This document shows positions 57,294 through 64,000 of a stretch of DNA of 64,000 bases, piece by piece. The notes below the pieces were generated by a model, which did not search any database, had not been told where the DNA came from, and was given only the letters and a program-made list of their open reading frames with translations. The stretch covers positions 8,723 to 72,722 of the forward strand of contig CAJKOJ010000001.1 in NCBI GenBank assembly GCA_905201505.1, in the 5' to 3' direction. Position numbers and translations under genes: made by a program. Within the stretch, counting starts at the first letter, position 1; each line of letters begins with the position of its first letter. The DNA comes from an uncultured Eubacteriales bacterium. GTDB taxonomy: Bacteria > Bacillota > Clostridia > Lachnospirales > CAG-274.

Positions 57294-57554
57294 ATGGAAA
57301 TATTAAAGGTTTCAGCTAGCTCCCAGCCAAAGTCTGTAGCAGGAGCAATTGCAGCAATTTTACGAAACAACAGTGACGTGGAAATACAGACAATTGGTGC
57401 AGGTGCAGTAAACCAGGCAGTAAAGGCTGTGGCTATAGCGAGGGGCTATGTAGCACCTAACGGTATTGATGTTGTCTGTGTGCCTGCCTTTACCCAGTCT
57501 GAAATAAACGGGGAAGTCAAGACAGGGTTAAAATTAGATATTGTAAGAAGGTAA
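57294..57554 (+). CDS. spoVS: Stage V sporulation protein S
   Basis: MEILKVSASSQPKSVAGAIA...GAGAVNQAVKAVAIARGY: a highly characteristic 86-aa SpoVS. Confidence 0.9.
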   Translation: MEILKVSASSQPKSVAGAIAAILRNNSDVEIQTIGAGAVNQAVKAVAIARGYVAPNGIDVVCVPAFTQSEINGEVKTGLKLDIVRR

Positions 57555-57731
57555 ATATCTTGCTTCCGGAAGTAACTTGAGAAAAAATATAAAATGAATA
57601 TAACTAATTTGAGGCAACGTTTTGCTGCTGATAAAGCATAGCGTAATTGGCAATAGCAAAGCACTACAACCTTTTGCAGATATTAATCTTAATAGAGTGT
57701 AAATTTAATAACTGCAGGGACAGTGAATGGG

Positions 57732-57770
57732 GTGGGAAACATTAAAAGTTTCCCACGTCTTTGTTATTTA
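57732..57770 (+). terminator. Rho-independent terminator about 180 nt after spoVS
   Basis: GTGGGAAAC-attaaaa-GTTTCCCAC followed by GTCTTTGTTATTTATTT. Confidence 0.65.
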
Positions 57771-57930
57771 TTTCAGGAAAGTAAATTAAAATTGACGGTG
57801 GAAACAAAGGATAATGATTTATTTTTATATATTGAATATAAATTTATATTAATTAACATATATGTGTTTTGTTTGTTAATATAGTTATATATAAAGTTAA
57901 ATTGTGATTTATAGGAATAGGAGGGCATAT

Positions 57931-58086
57931 ATGCTGGCAAATATTATAGTGGGTATTATAATACTGACATTTATAGCTATCGCAGTAAAAAGTTACATAA
58001 AGCAAAGAAAAAGAGGGGGCTGCGGAGGAGGCTGTGCAGGTTCAATGAATTGTCCGTCAAAGAATAATAATAAAAAGTCTGAATAG
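57931..58086 (+). CDS. Orphan small Cys-rich membrane protein (paralogue of the FeoB-associated one)
   Basis: GGAGGG RBS and ATG 57931. MLANIIVGIIILTFIAIAVKSYIKQRKRGGCGGGCAGSMNCP...: same TM + KRK + GGC-rich architecture as 18917..19063. Confidence 0.6.
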   Translation: MLANIIVGIIILTFIAIAVKSYIKQRKRGGCGGGCAGSMNCPSKNNNKKSE

Positions 58087-58364
58087 GTTTATTTTATAAA
58101 ATATACAAATGAATATAGAAATCAGTTTAATGTGTTTTTTGCAGGTTAGATAAAGTAAGTGAAACATAAAAATGACGTCTATAAAAAAACAAACTGAATG
58201 AGAATAACAATAAGAAAAGAAGTGTATTGGTGTCAAATTTTATATAAAATTTAAAATAAGGCTTTACAAATATGGAAAAACATATTATAATAATATAGAT
58301 TGTTAAGACTAAAAAATATATAATAAACGATATTAAACACAATAGCAGGGACAGTAGGTATATA

Positions 58365-58567
58365 TAATGACTAAAGAGAGTCGGGGAAAGGTGAAAGCCC
58401 GATGTCAGCATATATTCTGAATATCACCCTGACTGTGGCATACCGAAAAGGTTACTTAGTAGGCTATGACGTGTCCTGCGTTAAAGGTTAAAGAGAGGAT
58501 ACATTTTTATGTGTCAATTCAGGTGGTACCACGCTGCTGCGTCCTGTTGGATGCGGCAGCTTTTTTG
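58365..58567 (+). promoter_or_regulatory. T-box riboswitch leader (Ile; specifier ATC at 58423..58425)
   Basis: AAAGAGAGTCGGGGAAAGGTGAAAGCCCGA stem I top. T-box AATTCAGGTGGTACCACG. Terminator GCTGCTGCGTCC-tgtt-GGATGCGGCAGC followed by TTTTTT. TATAAT at 58363..58368. Confidence 0.85.
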
Positions 58568-58601
58568 ATGTTTAATACATTTTGAAAGGAGAAATTTACC
58601 T

Positions 58602-61600
58602 ATGTATGACAAGGTAAGTACAAATCTCAATTTTGTTGAGAGAGAGAAGGAAATTTTAGGTTTTTGGAAAGAAAACGATATTTTCGGTGAATCAATTAAG
58701 GCAAGAGAAAATTGCCCTGTTTTTACTTTTTATGATGGTCCCCCAACTGCAAACGGCAAACCCCATATTGGTCATGTACTGGGAAGAGCTATAAAGGATC
58801 TTATACCAAGATATAAGACAATGAAGGGATATAAGGTTTTAAGAAAGGCCGGATGGGATACTCATGGTTTGCCTGTTGAACTTGAGGTTGAAAAGCAGTT
58901 AGGCATCAGCGGTAAGCCTCAGATTGAGGAATATGGTGTTGAGCCTTTCATTAAGAAGTGTAAAGATTCTGTTTTTACTTATGAAAGTCTTTGGAGAGAA
59001 ATGAGCGACAGAGTTGGATTCTGGGCGGATATGGACAATCCTTATGTGACTTATCACAATAATTATATTGAATCAGTATGGTGGGCATTGAAGCAAATTT
59101 GGGATAAGGGTCTTTTATACAAGGGACACAAGATTGTTCCTTATTGCCCAAGATGCGGTACCGCTTTATCATCTCACGAAGTTGCTCAAGGTTATAAGGA
59201 TGTTAAGGAAACTTCTTGTATTGCAAGATTTGCTGTTAAGGGCGAAGAAAATACTTATTTTCTTGCGTGGACTACTACTCCATGGACACTCCCTTCAAAT
59301 GTGGCACTTTGTGTAAATAAGAGAGAGACTTACAGCAAGGTAAAGGCTGAAGACGGTAAGATTTATATTTTGGCACAGGCTCTCCTTGAAGATGTGTTAA
59401 AAGAGGGTTATGAGGTAATTGAAGAATATAAGGGTCAGGATTTAGTAGGTATTGAATATGAACCATTATTCCCTTATGCTAAACCTGATAAAAAGGCTTT
59501 TTATGTAGTTGAGGCTGATTATGTAACTCTTACAGACGGTACTGGTATTGTACACATTGCTCCTGCATTTGGTGAAGATGATGCACAGGTAGGAAGAAGA
59601 TATGATTTGCCTTTTGTACAGCTTGTAAATGAGCAGGGCTTATTTACAGATGAAGTAGAAGGTCTTGCAGGTGTATTTGTAAAAGACGGTGACAAGGAAA
59701 TATTAAAGAGATTAGAGGAAAGCGGCAAGTTATTTGCAGCACTTCCTTTTGAACACAGCTATCCTTTCTGCTGGAGATGTGATACACCGCTTCTTTACTA
59801 TGCAAGAGATACATGGTTTATTTCAATGACTAAGGTAAGAGAGCAGCTATTAAAGAACAATAATACTGTAAACTGGATGCCTGACAATATTAAAAACGGA
59901 AGATTTGGCAATTTCCTTGAAAATGTTATTGATTGGGGTCTTTCAAGAGAAAGATACTGGGGTACTCCACTTCCTATATGGGAATGTGAGTGCGGATATA
60001 AGCATACTATTGGATCTATCGCAGAGTTAAAGGAAATGAGTGATAATTGTCCTGATGATATTGAACTCCATAAGCCTTATATTGACGCTGTTGAGCTTAA
60101 TTGTCCTAAGTGCGGAAGTAAGATGCACAGAGTTACTGAAGTTATTGACTGTTGGTTTGATTCAGGTTCAATGCCTTTTGCACAGTGGCATTATCCATTT
60201 GAAAACAAGGAAATATTTGATGAAAATTATCCCGCTGATTATATATCAGAGGGTATTGACCAGACAAGAGGCTGGTTCTATACACTGATGGCTATTTCTA
60301 CTCTTATTTTTGACAAGAGCCCATATAAGAATGTTATTGTAACAGGCCACGTTCAGGATAAAGAAGGAAGAAAAATGTCTAAGCATTTAGGAAATGTTGT
60401 GGATCCATGGGCTGTACTTGACAATCAGGGTGCTGATGCAATAAGATGGTATTTCTATTCAAACTCTGCACCGTGGCTTCCGAATAGATTTGATGATAAG
60501 GCTGTAAATGAGTATCAAAGAAAGTTTATGGGTACTTTATGGAATACTTATGCTTTCTATGTGCTTTATGCCAATATTGATAACTTTAATCCTATGGATT
60601 ACAAGCTTGAGTATGAAAAGCTTGCTCCTATGGATAAGTGGATTTTATCTAAGCTTAATTCTCTTGTTAAGTATGTTGATAATTCTCTTGATAAATACAA
60701 GATTACAGAGTCTGCAAGAGCTATGGCTGACTTTGTAGATGAGCTTTCTAACTGGTATGTCAGAAGATCAAGAGAGAGATTCTGGGGTAAGGATATGCCG
60801 CAGGATAAGATTAATGCGTATATGACATTATATACAGTTCTTACAACAATGGCTAAGCTTTCTGCACCATTTACACCATTTATGGCTGAAAGTATATATC
60901 AGAATTTAGTTGTAAATGTAGATAAGAATGCTCCGAAGTCAGTTCACTTATGTGATTTCCCTGTTGTTGATGAGGCTATGATTGATGACAAGCTTGAAGT
61001 AAATATGGAACTTGTTCTCTCAATTGTAGTTGCAGGAAGAGCAGCGAGAAATACATCAGGCATTAAGAACAGACAGCCTATAGGCAATATGTATGTTCAG
61101 TCTGACAGAAAACTTGATGAGGAATATTATGATATAATTCTTGATGAACTTAATATTAAAAATATGGAGTTTGTTGAAGATGCGTCAAAGTTTACAAGCT
61201 ACAGCTTTAAGCCGCAGTTAAGAACTCTCGGAAGAAAATATGGAAAGCTTGTGCCTGCCATTGGAGAATATCTTAAAAATAGCGACGGCAATGCTCTTAT
61301 GAATGAATTAAAGAGTAATGGCGTTATTAAGTTTAATGTTGAAGGTACTGATGTTGAGCTTAGTGAAGAAGATGTTCTTACAGAAACTGCACAGGCTGAT
61401 GGATTTGTGGCTGAAAGCGACAAATCTACAACTGTTGTATTGAGTACAGAATTAACTCCTGAACTTATAGAAGAAGGATTTGTAAGAGAACTTGTGTCTA
61501 AAATCCAGACAATGAGAAAAGACGCAGACTTTGAAGTCCTTGATAGAATTAAGGTATACTACAACGGAAATGACAAGATTGGTAAAATATTTGCTGATAA

Positions 61601-61718
61601 TAAAGAAGCAATTTCTACTGATGTGCTTGCAAATGATATTTGTGAAGGAACTTCTGCAATAAGCAAAGAATGGAATATTAATGGAGAAAAGGTTACTCTA
61701 TCAGTTGAGAAGATGTAA
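58602..61718 (+). CDS. ileS: Isoleucyl-tRNA synthetase, long type-2 form
   Basis: PPTANGKPHIGH (HIGH motif), KMSKHLGN (KMSKS motif), CP1 editing domain. 1038 aa. Confidence 0.9.
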   Translation: MYDKVSTNLNFVEREKEILGFWKENDIFGESIKARENCPVFTFYDGPPTANGKPHIGHVLGRAIKDLIPRYKTMKGYKVLRKAGWDTHGLPVELEVEKQLGISGKPQIEEYGVEPFIKKCKDSVFTYESLWREMSDRVGFWADMDNPYVTYHNNYIESVWWALKQIWDKGLLYKGHKIVPYCPRCGTALSSHEVAQGYKDVKETSCIARFAVKGEENTYFLAWTTTPWTLPSNVALCVNKRETYSKVKAEDGKIYILAQALLEDVLKEGYEVIEEYKGQDLVGIEYEPLFPYAKPDKKAFYVVEADYVTLTDGTGIVHIAPAFGEDDAQVGRRYDLPFVQLVNEQGLFTDEVEGLAGVFVKDGDKEILKRLEESGKLFAALPFEHSYPFCWRCDTPLLYYARDTWFISMTKVREQLLKNNNTVNWMPDNIKNGRFGNFLENVIDWGLSRERYWGTPLPIWECECGYKHTIGSIAELKEMSDNCPDDIELHKPYIDAVELNCPKCGSKMHRVTEVIDCWFDSGSMPFAQWHYPFENKEIFDENYPADYISEGIDQTRGWFYTLMAISTLIFDKSPYKNVIVTGHVQDKEGRKMSKHLGNVVDPWAVLDNQGADAIRWYFYSNSAPWLPNRFDDKAVNEYQRKFMGTLWNTYAFYVLYANIDNFNPMDYKLEYEKLAPMDKWILSKLNSLVKYVDNSLDKYKITESARAMADFVDELSNWYVRRSRERFWGKDMPQDKINAYMTLYTVLTTMAKLSAPFTPFMAESIYQNLVVNVDKNAPKSVHLCDFPVVDEAMIDDKLEVNMELVLSIVVAGRAARNTSGIKNRQPIGNMYVQSDRKLDEEYYDIILDELNIKNMEFVEDASKFTSYSFKPQLRTLGRKYGKLVPAIGEYLKNSDGNALMNELKSNGVIKFNVEGTDVELSEEDVLTETAQADGFVAESDKSTTVVLSTELTPELIEEGFVRELVSKIQTMRKDADFEVLDRIKVYYNGNDKIGKIFADNKEAISTDVLANDICEGTSAISKEWNINGEKVTLSVEKM

Positions 61719-61726
61719 AAATGATT

Positions 61727-61757
61727 AAAGGAGGTTCATTACGGAACCTCCTTTTCT
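61727..61757 (+). terminator. Terminator after ileS
   Basis: AAAGGAGGTTC-attacg-GAACCTCCTTTT. Confidence 0.8.
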
Positions 61758-61939
61758 GTTAATATAAATAAAAACCATATTAGTAAACCTGTTTTTGTTA
61801 TAAATCTATAAAATTTTATAAGCTGCAAAGATGAACTTGTGTACATCTTTGTCTTAATTTATAGCTTTGTCTTTAAGACTGCTTGTATAAAAGAGTACAG
61901 ATTTGTATTAATACTAAAAAGAGTAAAAGTAAGTTATAG

Positions 61940-61993
61940 ATTAAACAAAATCCCCCTATGACAGTTATTGTCACAAGGGGATTTTGTTTAATT
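61940..61993. terminator. Long composite hairpin overlapping the stop codon of the minus-strand gene
   Basis: AAACAAAATCCCC (61943..61955) pairs perfectly with GGGGATTTTGTTT (61977..61989). There is an inner TGACA/TGTCA stem. Confidence 0.65.
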
Positions 61994-63058
61994 TACAGGT
62001 TTTCTGATGCAGTCATTTGCAATGAGTTTATCATATACAAGTTCTGTCAGAAGGTTATATGCTGTGTCATTTAGATTGCCGCTTTCAAGAAGCATACATG
62101 AGGGAACTATTCCCTTTTTCTGCTGCTCAATATCGGTATTTGTAAATGTTAAATCTGTTTTGTTAAGATCATATTCTGATAGGTATTTTCTTACATTCAC
62201 ATAGTGGGAACCAAAATAGTCAATCATTATTTTATCATATTCTGACATACCTTCTTCGCTTCCCTTAATAAGCCCCATAACAAGGTATCTTTCTTTATTT
62301 TTACCAGAGGAGTCTATTATTTGTTTAATATAATCTGCAAGATCTTTAAAATTGTTCCAATTTTCATTTTCACCAAGCCATATTATATGTACATAGTCTT
62401 TATATTCATCATCACTGCTTGTGTTAACAATTGAGCCTGCAGGAATGGTGAAAGGTTCTCCATCTTCAGAACGAAGAAAATAATGTTTATTTTCACCTGT
62501 TTCAGGGTCTTTTATACTGTCTCCGCCAATCATACCTTTTAAACCGTTAATTGTAACAGGGTTAAAATTTGCATTATCTGCAGATACAGCTAAAGGCCAT
62601 ACAGGTCCGTTTCCTTTTGATGTTAAATTTATTTCTATAAGGTCCGATTCTGCAGGTATTGTCACCGTATCTTGAATAACAAAAGGAACAACGCCTATTC
62701 TTCCGAGAACAGTGAGGGTGTTTTCCCCTGCCACTGCAAGGTTTATTACAGGAATTTTATAATTTTCGTTTGTCAGCTTATTTTGAAGGGCTGATGGGAA
62801 TACTGTTTTTACTGTACCGTTGCTTGTCATAAGGTCTGAACCTATACATACTATACCGGGAATTTCATTTGAAATTTCAGAGTAATCTTTTTCAAGCTGC
62901 AATTGCTTCTCTGACGCTTCTTTTGCATAGTTTTGTGCATTTGCAGCGTTTTCTTCTATTTGTTTGTTTGTGCTGTTGTTTAATATAAATATAATGATAG
63001 GTATAAGTATAATAAGTAAAATTACGAGAAATGCTGATATTTTATTTATAATTTTCAA
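61988..63058 (-). CDS. Membrane-anchored extracytoplasmic protein; possibly a degenerate SGNH/GDSL-like fold
   Basis: N-terminal TM segment (ISAFLVILLIILIPIIIFIL). Motifs VCIGSDLM, AVAGENT, IIWLGENENW, GNLNDTAYNLL loosely resemble SGNH blocks. TTG start at 63058, 7 nt after GGGGGG. Confidence 0.4.
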   Translation of the reverse strand: MKIINKISAFLVILLIILIPIIIFILNNSTNKQIEENAANAQNYAKEASEKQLQLEKDYSEISNEIPGIVCIGSDLMTSNGTVKTVFPSALQNKLTNENYKIPVINLAVAGENTLTVLGRIGVVPFVIQDTVTIPAESDLIEINLTSKGNGPVWPLAVSADNANFNPVTINGLKGMIGGDSIKDPETGENKHYFLRSEDGEPFTIPAGSIVNTSSDDEYKDYVHIIWLGENENWNNFKDLADYIKQIIDSSGKNKERYLVMGLIKGSEEGMSEYDKIMIDYFGSHYVNVRKYLSEYDLNKTDLTFTNTDIEQQKKGIVPSCMLLESGNLNDTAYNLLTELVYDKLIANDCIRKPVN

Positions 63059-63079
63059 TGCTGTTTCCCCCCTTAATAA

Positions 63080-63144
63080 AAAAGAAGCCAAAATGGCTTA
63101 AATATATCAGGTAAGCTGATATATTTAAGCAGAGGGGCTTCTTT
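63080..63144 (-). terminator. Two-tier hairpin between the BY-kinase gene and the downstream gene (intercistronic terminator or attenuator)
   Basis: Outer stem AAAAGAAGCC / GGCTTCTTTT. Inner perfect 15-bp stem GCTTAAATATATCAG / CTGATATATTTAAGC. On the minus strand it is followed by TTTTTTATT and then the RBS. Confidence 0.6.
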
Positions 63145-63147
63145 TAA

Positions 63148-64000
63148 TTACTTCTTGTTTTTGTCTGATGTATCATAAGGATTTGATTTATAAGCATAGC
63201 CATATTTTCTACCGTATTTTGTGTTGTTTTCTTCTACTGAATTAATTACTACACCTAATATATTTCCTTCAACAAAGTTTATGCTTTCAATTGCTCTGTC
63301 AATTTCGTCATAAGTAGATACATCTTGTCTGACTACAAGCATAATTCCTGCAGACATCTTTGAAAGAAGCAGGGCATCAGTTACGACGTTGATAGGTGAT
63401 GTATCAAGAATAATATAATCATATATATCCTTAATGTTTTCCAAAAACTTGTTCATATTATTTGAACCTAAAAGTTCTGAAGGATTCGGCGGCATTGGGC
63501 CGGATGTAAGAATATCAAGGTTTTCATAAACACCCTTATGTATATTTTCATCAAGACTTTTTCCTGTCAGTATAGAAGAAAGTCCTATATTGTTTGAAAC
63601 ATTAAACATTTTATGCTGTACAGGTCGTCTTAAATCACAGTCTACAAGCAAAATCTTTGCCTTAGTCTGTGCCAGTGTAATAGCTATATTGGCTGCTGTT
63701 GTTGATTTGCCGTCGCCGGAAAGAGGACTTGAAATAACAAAAGCATTATTGTTTTGTGTTGACATAGTAAAGTTAAGATTTGTCCTCAGCATATTATAAG
63801 CTTCTGTAACTGAAAACTGAACTTTATCTGTCAATATTGTTCCTATAGAAGTTCTTGCCTGTGCATCTTTACGTCTTAATGAAGGCATATATTTATAAAA
63901 AAGATTATTTTTATGTTTTGAACCTTCAATTTCATAAGTTGGGATTTCTGATAAAACAGGAAGATGACATTTCATTCGGAACTCTTCACCGCTGTTTATG
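63148..64000 (-). CDS. Bacterial tyrosine (BY) autokinase, CpsD/CapB-like; reading frame open to the window edge
   Basis: Walker A SGDGKST, A' LLVDCDLRRP, Walker B YIILDTSP, C-terminal Tyr cluster KYGRKYGYAYKSNPYD. Candidate starts at 63975 or 63888, but there is no in-frame stop up to nt 64000. Confidence 0.8.
   Translation of the reverse strand, partial: INSGEEFRMKCHLPVLSEIPTYEIEGSKHKNNLFYKYMPSLRRKDAQARTSIGTILTDKVQFSVTEAYNMLRTNLNFTMSTQNNNAFVISSPLSGDGKSTTAANIAITLAQTKAKILLVDCDLRRPVQHKMFNVSNNIGLSSILTGKSLDENIHKGVYENLDILTSGPMPPNPSELLGSNNMNKFLENIKDIYDYIILDTSPINVVTDALLLSKMSAGIMLVVRQDVSTYDEIDRAIESINFVEGNILGVVINSVEENNTKYGRKYGYAYKSNPYDTSDKNKK

Noticed and set aside
57555-57731. About 175 nt between the spoVS stop and its terminator, including a CTTCCGGAAG palindrome and a 15-aa ORF.
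   Set aside because: I recognised no convincing structure, RBS or known riboswitch motif. It is most simply a 3' UTR.
58127-58411. 94-aa minus-strand ORF with a hydrophobic, Ile/Leu/Phe-rich product.
   Set aside because: It is an AT-rich intergenic translation artefact. It overlaps the ileS T-box leader and promoter, and I saw no RBS.
1-64000. Search by eye for tRNA/rRNA genes, CRISPR repeats, IS/transposase/integrase genes, phage or toxin-antitoxin modules.
   Set aside because: None found. There are no GGTTCGAATCC-type T-arm motifs in the intergenic regions, no regularly spaced direct repeats, and no recombinase-like ORFs. The window looks like core chromosome.

Overview
Low-GC Firmicutes (Clostridia-type) chromosome segment. 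It is dense, mostly core genome, and probably from a cellulosome-bearing spore-former: it encodes a dockerin-tagged PL1 pectate lyase, an SLH surface protein and SpoVS. I saw no rRNA, tRNA, CRISPR array, transposase or integrase.

Content in order:
- 5'-truncated dockerin pectate lyase.
- A nine-gene minus-strand array with gaps of 43 nt or less: metal (Zn-type) ABC importer, CBS protein with a HEPN-like RNxxxH N-terminus, lipoprotein, YitJ-like homocysteine methyltransferase/MTHFR fusion, and a HprK-like/PqqD-like/SipW-like peptidase trio.
- A stress block: CIRCE-htpG, lon, csp, DEAD-box helicase, feoAAB plus a small Cys-rich ORF, an RHH protein with clpB.
- A DD-carboxypeptidase, hemolysin-III-family protein, ftsZ and divIB.
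- A FabT-controlled fab/acc cluster: fabT-H-K-D-G-F-Z, accD, accA.
- arsC, an SLH/beta-helix protein, glgDC, nadE, ddl-murI.
- T-box thrS; arsR-arsP-thioredoxin-like operon with three operator palindromes.
- A predicted propeller protein, three GT2 genes and a MATE pump.
- T-box leuA, spoVS, T-box type-2 ileS.
- The start of a capsule/EPS locus (BY-kinase).

The most unusual items are the precursor-less RRE/kinase/peptidase trio apparently co-transcribed with the metal importer, the HEPN-like-CBS fusion, a shared TTAGCT-N2-AGCTAA palindrome upstream of both the metal-ABC (Zn-type) and Fe uptake operons, an apparent AUU start on the DEAD-box helicase, and an RHH protein coupled to clpB. All function calls rest on motif recognition by eye. 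No searches were run.
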